From assembly GCA_027923505.1 (NCBI GenBank), contig BROI01000013.1, positions 496,001-560,000 on the forward strand: DNA of 64,000 bases, written 5' to 3'. A program made the translations under genes and the position numbers. Numbering within the stretch: position 1 is the first letter of the stretch; every line of letters starts with the position of its first letter. The DNA is from Mayamaea pseudoterrestris (lineage: Eukaryota). The notes under the pieces are model-generated. The model was given only the letters and a program-made list of their open reading frames with translations. It did no database searches and was not told the origin of the DNA. Below, one piece after another: positions 9,115 to 22,450 of the stretch.

Positions 9115-12100
9115 CTAAGTTTTTTGACGCTTCATCATGTGGTAACGATTGATGTCGCCCTTGCGACGGGGACCAGTCATGCTAAACATGAGCATAAAAT
9201 CTTCTTCCGTAAAGTCACCTTGATTCACGGCATAGTAAGCCGCAAGCTCTTCCATTTCGAGCTCCATCATGGCCATGAAACTCGCCGAGCGTTCAAACGA
9301 AATAGCAGCAAGCTCCACGTCCCAAAAGCTATTGTCGAACGACGTCGCGCCCTTTAAATCCCGGTATAGCACCGAACCACTGCGGTCCAAAGCTTCAATG
9401 CCGTTCATGGTCAATGGCGCGCGGGTAATAATGCCCTTACCGGCGGCAATGACGCGGACCGCTTGCATTAGAGTCAGCGGAATATATTGCTCCAAGGACG
9501 AAAAGGTGTAGGCAGTCACTGCATTTCCAGCCGCTTCCCGAAGGTTGTCACTCGCGGCGGTCAAGTACTCGCCAAGGTCATTCACACACGAGGGAATGCG
9601 AACCGCGTCCTTTGCGACAAGCGTTGAGCTCGACGTTATCTTTGACAAACGCGAGACAACCTGCATTATCATATCCAAGCGACAGAACATGGCCATCTTA
9701 ATGCCGTTCTTTTTTATCGTTTTTATGGCATCCTGCAGCGTTCGTGTTGACGTCAATACCTTATTTGACCCACTCCCTGAACGGACTTTCAAACGCGAGT
9801 CGAGCATGCTCGTCAATTTCAAAAGACTATGCGCCAGGCAAGATGCCTTCATAAGCTCTTCGTCAGAGCAGACTACAGGTTTCGAATTCGTCGAATCATC
9901 AGATAGTGTCAAGTATTTCTTGAGAAATTTGAGTTCATGTTCCAAAACGATCTCCTCTCCTTCAACCCCAGACGGAAGATCCTCCAAAAAAGGCTCGGCC
10001 TTTGCGTTCAACCGTGATGATGTATCGGTGACTGGAGGCGCGAGTGGAGAAATACCACTTTGCTTACCCAACGCATGCGTCGACGCCGACTCTAGAAGCG
10101 ATTCGCTCTCGCCATATGCTTTCAGCAACTGCGAAAAGGGCCGGCGCCGCTCGAAAATAGTCCCAATAGAGACACCTTCAATGGAGGTCTGCTCGTGCAA
10201 AAGAGTGTAAGCGGTCTTGGATCCACATATCTTTTCAATTTGCTGCTTCACTCGCGTCGTAAAGGTAAGTAAAACATGCTCAAGCACAGCCACAAGTGGA
10301 AGATACATGTCACCTCCGCGAGGCAGACGATGCAATGCCAAAAAGAGTGGTCCTGATGACCCATACATTGCCTGGCATGAGTAGCACATGTCGACATCTT
10401 GTGGCTCGTTCGAGTTGGGACGAGCGTAGAGTGTGCGGTCAAGTACTGGATCGAACGCATCCCGGCGCTCGAGCCCATTGACAGTACCGTTTATTGCCTC
10501 TTCCTGCAGAACCGGTAGCAAATCCTTTTGAATCACTCTGTCAAGAAATTCGATGGCTGGCTCTTCAGGAAGTCGAGCGAATGACGCGGCAGAGGTATCC
10601 TCCCCAGTGAGGGCAGCGAGTTCCTTCTTGAGGCCGTCTATACCTTGGCTAAAATACGCGACGCTTCGGCGAAAGATGAGAGCGTGGCGAATCTGAGGTG
10701 AACTCTTTGTTTTGGGAAATAAGACATTCGTGACAAACTTGGTTGTAGTCATTTCCATAACATTTGATCGACTGGCATTGGCCCGGGCCATGAGGCTGCC
10801 TGGCTGGTTGCCAGTCTCAACTATGCCGAGTGTAAACAGGCCACTTTCGTATGCTCCAGCCTTGTTGGTCGCCTGATCCAACGAATCCAATCGAGCAGCA
10901 TCGCTCTCGTTCAAGCAGGCCTTTATAAACGTTGTGATCTCTCGTTGCATGATAACAGTTGCTTGCGTCAGCACCGAACGCATGACCGACGCCGGTGAGC
11001 CCATCTTTCGCACTAGTTCCTTGTCACTTCCAATGCGCAAGCGCAGAATTTCTGCCAGGTGACTAAGTCGAATCTGCACACATCCAAAAGCCGAAAGGAG
11101 ACCTGTCAAATGACGACGAAACTCTTTCAAGCTATCAAGCTGCCCCGCCGACCGCATTTGAGGAACATGCTTGCGCTCCAACCGAGCATACGTTCGTGCT
11201 TGTTCCCGCTGAACAATGCGACGGATCTCACGTTCCAAACCCTCACCCATGATGCGCTCCACATCATCAAGTCGCTTTAGCTGGTGGAGGCATTCGACTA
11301 GAATGCGGAGCGCCAACACAGAGTCAGCGTAGCGAGGCAACTGACGCTGACGAGCATTTCCACTGAGCTTGGGAACCATGCCACTAAGAGTAATTTCTTC
11401 AATGCATCGACGCTCGTCCGCTTCCAAGTCCAGCTCAGCTTCAATCATTGGAATAGGAATCATCATTTTCTTGGGTTGCATATCCATGTGATTGTTAGCA
11501 GAGGCCGCTGACGATGGTTTCGAGCGTGATTCTTGCCCCATGTTATGAATCGCAGAATCCATTTCCATGTCCTCCGAGTCTTCCAAGGAAAAGAGAGATG
11601 CACCAGACCCTTCCGAATTAACTGATGCGTCATCCAAATCTTCGTCTACCGCAAATCTTCCGCGACCGCCGACAAATGGATTGGCAATACCAGCACCCGA
11701 AATCGAGTATACGGTCGACGACGATGGACGAAAGGAGACGCGACTCGAAATGGTCCGCGACTCTGACCCAACGCTGCGGGCAGATGACACATTCTTGGAG
11801 ACTGACCCCGTCGTGGTGCCGTCCCGAGACTTGTTCATGTCTTGTTGCCGACGCTGCGTCATTAAGCCATTGCCGGTGCGAAGATAAACGACATCGCTGA
11901 GGCTGTCCCAAATAATTTCCTCCGCCTTTTGCTTGCGCAGCATGAGTTGTTCCATAATCTGTTGTGAAAAAAATGTAATCATGATGAGTATATAGGCGAA
12001 TATTTGCATTCACATTGCTGCACCAGATGCATTAATAAACGTACCTTGTGCAAAGCTTGGACCTGAGCAACATCATCTTGAAACATGGTCTCCAATGCAT

Positions 12101-12812
12101 GACTCAACGTCAAAACCGCCGCTCCAATGCGGCACGGCGGCCGAATGAGCTGGTCAAACTTGTAGGGAGCTGCTCGAATAACATCCAATTTCTCAAGCAC
12201 TGCCAATGTCGCCTCACATTCCAACTTTTTGAGCCACAATTCTCGGAGCGACATGGCTGCTGCATTCTGCGGCCGATTTCCCAAACCACCCTTGACGGCG
12301 ACTTGACTATTGGCTTGCGTGGAAGCGCCAAGCGTGTCTTGAATGTCTCTCACCTGCTTGCGGAGCGTTCGCACCTTGGACACGGCTTCACTAAACTGCC
12401 GAGCAACTCGACCCACCTGAATGACACTTCCATTCAAGTCGGCGCAATGAATGACTGCCATGTGTTCAATAGCTCCTTCAACAATCTCTTGCTGTTTTTT
12501 AAGATTCTTGTAGGCGGAATTCTTGGAGAGTTCCGTGCTCGCCTCCTCGCCCTGCAGGGTCGCATCCATTTGCAAACCCAACACGTCAATGACGCGCTGA
12601 AGTGTATTAAACTTGCGGGGCTCATCAAAAAACTCTTCATCGACTTCTTCGTTCAAACGACGTTCTAGTTCAACGAGTTCCTGATCCTCCTCCTGCGCAT
12701 CGTTGAGGAAAAACTCGTCGTTGTGCAGCTGCGTCGCTTCGTAGCTGTAGCGAGAGGGAGGACCAAGGCCAGCGTCGCCGTCATTGAGATTTGAGGCTTG
12801 AGTGCGGGCCAT
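9115..12812 (-). CDS. SEC8: Exocyst complex component Sec8/EXOC4-like; 2 exons (12812-12045, 11958-9115)
   Basis: N-terminal coiled coil resembling Sec8 (IEHMAVIHCADLNGSVIQVGRVARQFSEAVSKVRTLRKQ...LEKLDVIRAAPYKFDQLI...VAQVQAL), followed by a long helical rod. An 86-bp GT-AG intron joins the two ORFs in frame. Confidence 0.72.
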
Positions 12813-13155
12813 TGTGCTAACCAATGAGTTTAATAATTGTCTTGGTGTGTCATTAAGTGTTTGAAAGGTAATCAATGACGGAAGAGCTTTGATCAAAGCA
12901 TACCGTAGACGATGGACCGGAACGGACTCCCATGGTGGAGGCGGCACAGCATCGTGACGTCATGGATCCGTTTCCACTCGTCGCACCATCACTCGCAAGT
13001 CCCTCGTTGACGTTTCTGATTGGCTGACGTATGTCACCTACTTTTCCTCCTTGCAAGCGGTCATGGCACAAGTTGGCAAGACTTGGAGGACATCCTTCCA
13101 CAATGTCTCGGCTGATGCGCGACCAATTGGCGTTTGACAGCAAGAGACAACCATC

Positions 13156-15126
13156 ATGGCTTCCCATCATCAACAGGAGCAGCAGCCATTGCATGGCATT
13201 CTGCATCCGCATGATAACGATGTCTTGTCGGGTCGAGGGAACTTTGTCAATTACCATGCGGGCAACGAAAACTTTCGCTCACTCGTTCGCAAGCACAAGG
13301 TTGCCTACGTTGCATGCCCCAAGCCACAAAAGGGAAAGTTTAGCAAAATGATTGTTGATGAAGTGAGAGCCTTGCATCCTCCGGGACGATTCCTCAAGCA
13401 AGATGAAGTCACGAAACTTTGGTACGACATTGGAGATAAAAAGGCAATGGATAAGACGCGACAGGCGCTTCGTGAAGGAGCTCCCGATATCATGAAGAAT
13501 CTGGGAGACGATGGAGACGATGAAAATAGTGACTCGCCGCAGTCGCAGCAATCTCCTACAATTGTTGGCTCAGTGAGTATTACATACATAGAGAGTGCGG
13601 CTGCGAGTCATTTAGACAGAATGCTCATTTGTTGTATTCCTTTCCCATAGGCTTCACCTCTTCGTCAGGCGCCTGGAAGGAGCGTATCATGCCAGCCGCA
13701 ACTACTCTCTGGTCTGCGAAGGGATAGCATGGGAAACTATTCAGCTCATTCGCCAAGCTCGTACTTGAGTCCGCAGAATATTGGACTGCACAATACGATA
13801 CATAGCGGCGCGCGTCTACAACCCATGCCATCCTTGCATCAAGCCCCAAACAGTATGGGATCGCACTCGCATCATTCGCACCAGCTTCCGCAGAGAACGT
13901 CAAGTATGCACTTGTCGTCGGCAGGCAACCTTGCCTCCATGCAAATGATGGTTCAGCAGCAGCAAAATCTATCGCAGTCCATGCACTCGCCAGCACATCC
14001 TCAGTTGTCTCTTTCGCAGCAATTGGCGCAACTGACCCAACAGTCGCCCCAGGAACAGCAGCAGCATTTGCACACGCAGCAAATTTTGCACCGACAGCAG
14101 CAACTTCTCATGCAGTCTCAACGTCGACACCATCCAATGCAACAGCAACAACATTCCCTGCCGGAACACTTGCCAATGTCGCCACATCACCAGCAACAGC
14201 ACTCACTCCAACAGCAACACCTATCAATGTCGCAGCAGGCTCCTAGCTCGCACCAACAAATGCAGCAGCAGCAGCAGCACATTGAAAGGATGCAGCAGAC
14301 CTTTCATGATCAAACGACTACGTCAAACTCCATGCAAATTATGCCGCCCCTCTACCAATCGACAGACATGCAGAACTCATCGCCAGCGCCCGTATATTCG
14401 ATGGGTTCCTCGCACGTGCAATATCAACCGCAGGAGGCAATGCCAGCGATGGATCAAAGCAACTCTCATTACAAGACCGACATTTCACCTATGGAATTCC
14501 CACGGCCACTGGCTCCAGCGCCATCCGCCCCACAAGCGCCGCCTCTGACATTTTCATCGTCGCTACAAACGCACAAACAACTAGACGACAATTCCTTTGG
14601 CGAGTCTGAGCGACTTGCTCCGTTGCCGTCAAAGACCGAGTTAAAGCTGTCTCGTGACAAGCTAAAGCGCGAAGGAAGCGAAAGCAGTATTCAGGTTGAT
14701 ACCATTTTCCCACAAGGCACCACGGTCAAGACCAAGAAAAACGACGGAACGAACGCCGCTACTGGTGACTACAAGAACCATCAATCATCCTCGCACTTGT
14801 CAGTCATGAGCTTGTCGGTCGGCGACATGGGTCTGGACGATGCTGTGGGGGAAATGCCTTCCCAGCTTGCTGCCATTCGCAGCGAGAAGGACCTGTCGAA
14901 TCGTTTCAACACTTCATTGCGCCTGGGCCAACGAAGTAGCAGGATGAGCAACAAGCGGCACTCGCTCACAGGCGAGGAATTTTCGCAGGCAGTGTATATG
15001 GATATGAGTGTTGCGACACTTGGTGATCGCATGTCCGAGTATGGTGAATCACAGGCTAACATGTCTTTTGTCAATGTGTTTGAAGAGACAGACAAGGATA
15101 TCTGTCAAGATGGTAGATTATTGTAA
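13156..15126 (+). CDS. DUF6824-type domain protein with a long Gln/His/Ser-rich tail (putative transcription regulator); 2 exons (13156-13572, 13651-15126)
   Basis: Diatom-expanded domain NDVLSGRGNFVNYHAGNENFRSLV...PPGRFLK...WYDIGDKKAMDKTRQALRE. The 78-bp intron GTGAGT...CATAG joins in frame to the polyQ ORF 13729-15126. Confidence 0.85.
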
Positions 15127-15509
15127 ATTGGCTGTCGATGCCATGGCGCGACGTCCGGCATGACATACGGATTAATTTGAAGCGATGCTCTGTTGTCATT
15201 TACTTAGCTAACTTTAAAGTTAAATTATTTGATTCAGCTTTCCAATTCACGCTCGAAGGTTTAATGAGCTGCTGCTTACAATCGACATTATCACGTTAAG
15301 GCTCGCTGATTAATAATATATGGACTTGCATATCCATATCGATTGACAGTGAAGCAATGCGCTGCTTGTCGATTACTCTACTCGTTTCAGTCGCGGACTG
15401 ACTTTGGCGAGCATTACTAACTATAGGGTTAAAATGTAGAAAACGTCTTCTCCGAATTTATCTCACGATTCGACCATGACGATAGTGAAACGCTCATTCA
15501 TCGCCAACC

Positions 15510-16460
15510 ATGCGTCGGTCGCTTGCTACCTTCGCCGCAAGGTCCAAACTAAATTACTTAGATGTTCGAAAGGCTTCACTGTCGGTCTTGGAGCGATTGC
15601 TGCTCGAAGAAATTTTGCTAAAGTCCGACGCCACTAATAGTCACTGGATGATCGTTGGCCATCATTCGAGTGGACCGCACAAGTACTTGACGAATGATGA
15701 TGATAATCAACCTGGGACAAGCGATAGCTGCATCGTCATGGGGATTAGAGGCAAACCGGAACTGCTGCTAAACCTTGATCGAGTGCGCCGCGACCGAATC
15801 AAAACGATCAAACGGTTCAGCGGTGGAGGGACGGTTGTCGTTGATGCCAATTGTATCTGGACAAGCATTATTGGAAGGAAAGGAAGTAACGATGAGGCTA
15901 TGCAGACATATGTTTCAAATCAAATTGAATCAATTGAAGCATTTCCTCGACCGATAATGGAATGGACAGCAAACGCCGTGTTTGGACCACTCTTTGAGCA
16001 GCTCAACCGACAGCAGCAACGACAAGATTCGTCACCTACATTTCAGCTGCTGGAGCATGACTACGTTCTCTCAAAGAGTAAAGGCGACGAAAACAAAAAC
16101 TTTAAAATGGAGCACCGCAAAATGGGAGGCAATGCCCAAGCCATTGTTCGCGAAGGCTGGCTCCATCACACGTCCTTTTTGTGGACCTTTAACGAAACAA
16201 ATATGCGTTACCTAACGCTTCCAAGCAAGCGGCCCGACTATCGGGCCGACCGCAAACATTCCGATTTCTTGGTGCAACTGCAGTCCGTCTATCCGCACTT
16301 GACCAAGAATTGCTTTTGTGAATGCTTACGAGAGGTTTGTGATGAACGATTCGATGTCACCGAGTTTAGCTGGGATGAAGCATTGACGATTGTTGAAAAG
16401 GCTGGCGGAATGCCGTTCATCTACGAAAAGAGTAGAACTAGAGTGTTGAAGGATCTATAA
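15510..16460 (+). CDS. Lipoate-protein ligase (BPL/LplA/LipB family), probably mitochondrial
   Basis: KRFSGGGTVVVD, KMGGNAQ, WLHHTSFLW and PDYRADRKHSDFL motifs; Arg/Ala-rich N-terminus. Confidence 0.88.
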   Translation: MRRSLATFAARSKLNYLDVRKASLSVLERLLLEEILLKSDATNSHWMIVGHHSSGPHKYLTNDDDNQPGTSDSCIVMGIRGKPELLLNLDRVRRDRIKTIKRFSGGGTVVVDANCIWTSIIGRKGSNDEAMQTYVSNQIESIEAFPRPIMEWTANAVFGPLFEQLNRQQQRQDSSPTFQLLEHDYVLSKSKGDENKNFKMEHRKMGGNAQAIVREGWLHHTSFLWTFNETNMRYLTLPSKRPDYRADRKHSDFLVQLQSVYPHLTKNCFCECLREVCDERFDVTEFSWDEALTIVEKAGGMPFIYEKSRTRVLKDL

Positions 16461-16524
16461 ACTAGTCCTCGTCTCGTTGTTTGTTTATGAAGAGTGTAAT
16501 ATATATGTACATGATGTAGCAACT

Positions 16525-19520
16525 CTAGCAGTCAATAACGGTGGCGAGCTCCGATCCCATAAAGAAGGCTGCCGCCGACTTTTCCGCCAACGCGGATGGT
16601 GAGACTGCGTTCGACTGATGACGTTGACGGTTGTCCATGGCGGACGTGCGACGACCGGGAGAAAATGCAAAGCTCTTACGATTTGGACTATTGCGACTGA
16701 GAATTGTTCCTCCTTCCTGCGTCGGCCGAAGGCCGAATTCAACTTTGACAACTTTCAATAAAGCTTCGAGGCTTGGATCCGTCCAAACTTCGGCCGCGTC
16801 ATCACTGAACGAGTCAGAGGTAAGATGTTTTGGCCGATATTGATCCAGGCGGACTTTAATGTAACTCTTTTGGGGAACGGCGCTCGAGCGAAACTGTTCG
16901 GAGACCCGCAACTTGAACGCCATGGTATTCAAGAACGCTCTAATTTCCTCGTCCGTCAGTGGATTTCGTCGCAAATGCCATCGATTCTCCTCTTCCGCTC
17001 TAACGATGACAGCCAAGCTGACAAATTCGCCGAGTGAGGCTATATGAAACGTGCTTGGGGCGCTAGACTTTGGTGAGATGTTTGAGTCAACTGATTTCCG
17101 TGAAAAGGGAGACTTTGGCGACGCATTCAAACCAACGTCAAACAAACTTGCCGCTCCCTCAGCCATGCTGTTCTCCAGTCTTGCCATCTTTGTTTCTTCA
17201 GGTTCAACTTGGAATGATACAGTTTTGTGACTTGGGGCATCAATGTTAGACTCTGCTGCAGCTTCTAGGTTCAGTCGGTGAAGGTTCGCGGTCATCTCTG
17301 TCGCCAAAGATTTTGAGTTGACAAGTGTAACCAGTTTCTCCCATTCTGATCGAGGCCATGCACCATCATATTCCATCAATGATGGACTGTGAATCGACTC
17401 GACAGGCACCTTGCGCGCGGTCGAGGCATGCATGCTAGGACTATGGTGATCAGTCTTTCGCCAGGTAGGAAGCAAATTGCTTTGCGATGAGTTCGACGCC
17501 GATCCACTGTCTCGATCTGACCGAGCTGATGCCCGGACAGCGGGCGATCCCAAGTACAAATTGGACCGAAGGTACACGGCCGGCCAACACAAGCGAACAT
17601 CCTGCCGCTCCTCATCGCCAATTGCAGGTGGGTTGAACTGCATGCCACGTTCGAAGTGCACGTTGTCTGTCCGTACAGCGTCCAACACTATAGCCACTGC
17701 CGTCGCCGGACCTCCTCCCCTCTCCTGGCGACGCAAAAACTCCATGACTTCTCCGTTCCAGTCATTGGCCATGTTTGCTTTGGAGCTTAAACTATGCATC
17801 AATTGCCTGACATTGAACCCATGGACAGGGCCGGCAAATGATAGAATGCGATCAAAATATATTGGCAGCAGAGCTACCAGGTTGCGAAAGGTGCGTTGGA
17901 AAAACACGGACACTCGCGTTGGATCTAACGCCTCGTAGTTTATTGTTCTCCATTTGTGAAGCGAAAGAATAGTATCGTATAATCTGCGCAACGTAGGCAA
18001 ACAATCTGTGAACAAATATGTCAAATGTGTACAGGGACGACGGCTCCTTGAATCAATTAAAAATGAATATACAAGAAGTGCTTTTTGTATGCACGAGTAT
18101 GCTCTTCGCAGGCATATTGGAGCATGGATATATGAACAATATCACCTCCCAGTACGATGAATAACTGCGTTGTAGACAAGAAAACAAGACGAAAGTGCAC
18201 TTACCGACATGACTGCAAGGCGCAACAAGAATCTAAACTGTGCTTCCATACTTGACATTCCTTGGCAAGTGCAATAAAGAGAGGTTGTACAACATTCTCC
18301 GTCGCAGAATGAACCGCCACTGACTGTGATAGCAATATCAAGAGTTGACTCGCGTCGGACAGTACAGTGTCGCGAGTGCTGCCACCATTCATACTGCTTG
18401 CGCTTGACAAAAAGAGCGAGGCTTGCAAGTCCGCAAATCGAGCACGAAGCGTGCAGTAGTTGACGAGTGATTGCAGCCAGAGCGCCAGCGAACTTGCCGC
18501 AGTCACTGACTTTCGCATGGGGCTTGTGTTACTTGGCCTTGTAGAGTCGAGTGGCGCTGGCAGTGAATGTTGCATCTCCAGTAGTGGCGCGCAAAGCGTC
18601 GCTTCCACCTCGAGTAAATCCGTCGCAATGCGTTGGTACAAGGCTGGTAGCAGTAGCGCGTGCTCCAAGGATGCAGTGGCTTCGCAGTGCTGCATGTCTG
18701 CCTGTAGTACGACTGCGGCGCTCAAGAGTGTAAAGGGCGCGACAAAGTAGTCCCACTCGCCCTCGAGCGCAACTGCCGATGGATGATGCACTGGCTTTTG
18801 GACATTTTGATTGGTCGCGCTGCTTGTGAACCACTGCAGCAAGAGCGGGGTTGATGAAGGGGATGCGACTGAGAATCGTCTTGACGAAGAATCGCCTCGG
18901 GGAGACGACCATGGCTTGCTGTTGCGTTGCTGCTTCAAGAGGCTTCCGCTGTTGATCGTACTGTTGCTTGCCTCATTTATCTTGGACTTTTGACGTCGGA
19001 CCGGACTCTGCGACCGTGCGCGAGAGCGCATACCAGCTGCTCTTGGCTTGACATCTTTTGCTATGGTAGCAGTAGCAGCAGCAGCATGACTAGTTGGTGC
19101 TGGTGACGACGAAGTTGCAACCGATGTATCAAGGAGCGAGCTCGCCTTGGATGCCGTTTCTTGCGTGTGAGGATTATGCGCCAATATTTTGCAAAACTCA
19201 GGCAAAGCCTCATGCAGTTTCAATAGTGCTACCGTGAGAAATGGGTGGTTCTGAGGAGATGGTGGAGCTGAAGAAGAAGGAGTTGTCAACACAGGAGGAG
19301 GTCTTCCAAACAACCAAGCGGGAGGATCGATGAAAGGACTGCTAGAAAGGGCTCGACGGACGACTGGGGTGACTCTAGAGTCAGGACTATCGGAATCCTC
19401 TCTGCGTCTGTTGCGATTTGGTGGTCGAAAGAGGGCGCTCCAGGATGGAGACGAGCTGAGAGCGGCCGCCATTGGAGATTGGGAAACCCATGGTTGTGAG
19501 CTGCTGGATGCGCGATGCAA
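16525..19520 (-). CDS. Probable KICSTOR subunit 2 (C12orf66/KICS2)-like protein; proposed exons 19520-18205 and 17983-16525
   Basis: The order of motifs (FRNLVALLPIYFDRIL; AVAIVLDA; CWPAVY; WEKLVTLV; STFHIASLGEFVSLAVIV; DEEIRAFLNTMAFKLR) recalls C12orf66. A GTAAGT donor at 18204 and a phase-compatible GCAG acceptor at 17984 join the two ORFs. Family assignment is from memory, not from a search. Confidence 0.55.
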
Positions 19521-19667
19521 AGATTTTCGAGTCTTGGTGCGACTTCATCGACATGAAGGTCGCTACGGTACTGATCTCGACGGATCCAACCATCATCACA
19601 ATTCATGACCATCAGCTGCTCTAGCCTTTCCGTTACGCTCATTAGCCTCGTTTCAAGATAGTTTCAA

Positions 19668-20486
19668 ATGTCAGACTGCGATAGTAGCAGCAATACAGAT
19701 GATAAAGATGTTGGGCACGTCTATCGAGGCACTTCCGCCGAACTAGCCGTCGTTCGAGCAGCGGCCGGCAATTTCGACGCCCTCCGCGTCGCCATTGAGC
19801 AATACATGGACCATGACAAGCAGGAAGTTTTGCTGCATGATGCTATATCTGTCAAGGTGCAATTAGTGACTGATTATGATGATGAAAAAAACGAAGAGCA
19901 AGAAGACGCATTAGCAGCTTTTGAAGGATTCGTTCATGGAACACTTGTTCTAACAAGCGAACGAGTCATGTTTTGGGCTTGCGATGCAAGTCAAGAAGCG
20001 CACGATTTTGCCATGGATGCAGCCTGCATTGAACTCCACGCTCTCCAGGAGGAACCGGAAATGGCCGTCTACATTCAGGCGCAGGACAATGATGCTAACG
20101 ATGACGCGGCGCCACTGGAAGTAACAATCGTTCCAATCGATAGCAACAGTAGTAGTAGCGAGTCATCAGATGCTTGTCAGGAAATCTTTGATGCGCTCTG
20201 CAAACTGGTTTCTATGCATCCCATTGATCCGAATGAAAATGATGAAGGCAATGCGTTTGAAATGATGCTGGGTGCTTTCAACCAAGGCAACAATGATGAC
20301 AACATGATGTTTTACTCTGCAGAAGCAACGACGGACATGATGGAAGGAGATGCTACTTTAGATGAACGGGAGCGCATGCTCCAGCGACTCGATGATTTGC
20401 TTGTTGTTCCGCCGGAGCTAGAGCGAAACAGTGACGATGATGGGGGACAGTTTTCGGACGCCGATGACAGCGAGAATTTACTTTAA
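19668..20486 (+). CDS. CLNS1A: Methylosome subunit pICln (Voldacs domain)
   Basis: PH-like GTLVLTSERVMFW, IELHAL, AVYIQ, EVTIVP and QEIFDALCKLVSMHPIDP motifs; acidic tracts; C-terminal GQFSDAD. Confidence 0.82.
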   Translation: MSDCDSSSNTDDKDVGHVYRGTSAELAVVRAAAGNFDALRVAIEQYMDHDKQEVLLHDAISVKVQLVTDYDDEKNEEQEDALAAFEGFVHGTLVLTSERVMFWACDASQEAHDFAMDAACIELHALQEEPEMAVYIQAQDNDANDDAAPLEVTIVPIDSNSSSSESSDACQEIFDALCKLVSMHPIDPNENDEGNAFEMMLGAFNQGNNDDNMMFYSAEATTDMMEGDATLDERERMLQRLDDLLVVPPELERNSDDDGGQFSDADDSENLL

Positions 20487-20630
20487 TAGTAAGTGATACA
20501 ATGCTTTCTAGACTTTTTCTCATGCTACTTCATGTATTGATACAAGACAAGGATCAAGGATTTGTTTAGGGACAATTGCCATTACCCTTCCAATGCATTG
20601 TTTGCTCGCGAAAAACCCCTACGCTAACCC

Positions 20631-21365
20631 TCATGAATGCTCCGTCTCATCCAGAAGCGACGTTTGCTCCACATCGCCCGCTCGGTTCGTCTCGGTACAA
20701 ATAGCTTGCATCTTCTTTTGCCGTCCGCTGTCATCCACGGCCGCCTTGATGTTATAGTAATTGCCAATGGCATAGCCGGCCCATAGCAGTGCCGGATTGA
20801 GTGTCACCATGGCAGCCGCCAAACCAGCATACATTGGAAGTAGCGTGGCGAGTGCGTTTCGTCCGGCGCGTCGTTCGTTGAGTCGAAGGAGTGGCAGCAT
20901 GAGTTCCCTCACCTCCGACTCGCGATCCAGTCCATGTTCATCGGAATATTGGACAATACACTGCAGTAGCGCCTTGCAGAGTAGCTTTGATATATCATTG
21001 TCGGGTGGCCACACTTCAGCGGCGAGTGCTAATATGGCGCTGAGTTGTGCGTACGATGTTTTGGTGCCATCCGGATTATTGTTGAGCTTGTCGTCGTGTC
21101 GGACGTATAAGTATTGCGTAAAGTCTTCGTCGGCCATGATGCTTTGAATCACCGAATTTGGAAATAAATTTGGTTGTCCAATGGTTGCATAAAGGAGGGA
21201 ATGCTCAATGGGAGTCGTAAAGCCCGTCGGTGGGTAGTCAAAGGTCTTGCTATTTTCTCGAATGTTCTTCAAGGCGACGGCTTCCGTTCCGACTGGAGCT
21301 TTCGATGCAAGCATGCCTCGGCGTGGATTATTATTGCTGTTATTACTAGACCTAAAACGTCTCAT
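20631..21365 (-). CDS. Hypothetical protein with a C-terminal hydrophobic hairpin
   Basis: 244-aa ATG ORF with protein-like composition and a hydrophobic segment (LLPMYAGLAAAMVTLNPALLWAGYAIG). No family recognised. Confidence 0.65.
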   Translation of the reverse strand: MRRFRSSNNSNNNPRRGMLASKAPVGTEAVALKNIRENSKTFDYPPTGFTTPIEHSLLYATIGQPNLFPNSVIQSIMADEDFTQYLYVRHDDKLNNNPDGTKTSYAQLSAILALAAEVWPPDNDISKLLCKALLQCIVQYSDEHGLDRESEVRELMLPLLRLNERRAGRNALATLLPMYAGLAAAMVTLNPALLWAGYAIGNYYNIKAAVDDSGRQKKMQAICTETNRAGDVEQTSLLDETEHS

Positions 21366-21949
21366 TTTGTTTCAGTCGCGATGCAGGTACTTGCAGGAAC
21401 AATGATGCAGTCGCGCTCGACTAGAGGAGCGTGTTGGTAGGGTCGAGCGGAAAAGGATTCGTGCTTCGTCCTGCAATGAAGCTTTGATAACTTTTTTGGC
21501 GCTTCGATTCCAAATGACTCTCTGCTCTAGACTGAATTTGAAACCCGTAGTGCAAATGAAATTGTGTAAACGTTTGTAAATGTTGCTTTCTTTGACAGGT
21601 GGCAGGCGAGTTGTTTCCTCCAACTTCCGTCTTGGGCGGGTCGGTCGGCGTGTCGCACTTGGTACCGATGCGTCGTATTCGGTCTGACTCACCAAGAGTC
21701 AGAACGGTCCCTTCCCCCAGTGGCAAAACGAAATTGCCGGCGTGCAGAACACGTTTTCAGTACTCGCCCTGTAGAAATAACTCGTGCGGGTGTCCGTTGC
21801 CACAATCGTGTAACGCCTATTTTAACGGTCGCTGGCAATCAGTGTCTTAGCGTTACTAAGCAAAAAACCAAACCCACACGAGCATGCATAACCGGTGCCA
21901 CACACTCACATTGGGTTTGGACATGCAGGCACTGTTAACTTCTTGTCAC

Positions 21950-22450
21950 CATGCTTGTCATCCTCTATGGCTCCCAGTCTGTCTCCCAGCACTCATCTAA
22001 GCAGCTTGCCATCAAGTGTGCCATCAAGTGATCCAAGCGCCAAACCAAGTGCATCAATAGTGCAAGACCCAGTCTTCTTTGCAGTGCAGCACCAAGCTTG
22101 TCACCCTCTGTAACTCCCAGTTAGCAATAGCCCCAGCAGCTTGCCATCAAGTGTGGCGTAAGTGATCCAAGCGCCAATTAAAGTGCATCATCTAGCACAA
22201 GACCCAGTCTTCTTCCCAGTGCCGCACCAAGCTTTTCACCCACTGTAACTCCCAGTTGTCTCCCAGCACTAGGCCCCGGCAGCTTGCCATCAAGTGTGTT
22301 CCCAGCGCAGCACCAAGCTTGTCACCCTCTGTTACTTCCAGTTGTCTCCCAGCACAAGCCCCAGCAGCTTGCCATCAAGTGTGCCAAGTAAACCCAATTG
22401 CCAAGTAAACCCAATTGCTGCATCTAGCGCAGGATCCAGTCTTCTTTCGT
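21950..22450 (+). pseudogene. Degenerate internally repeated segment encoding Pro/Ser (PSSLPSSVPS) mucin-like repeats, broken by stops and frameshifts
   Basis: CAGCTTGCCATCAAGTGTG occurs at ~22002, 22138, 22279 and 22366. ACCAAGCTT-TCACCC-CTGT occurs three times. Fragment ORFs 21895-22113 and 22294-22605 translate to PSxxPS repeats. Confidence 0.55.
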
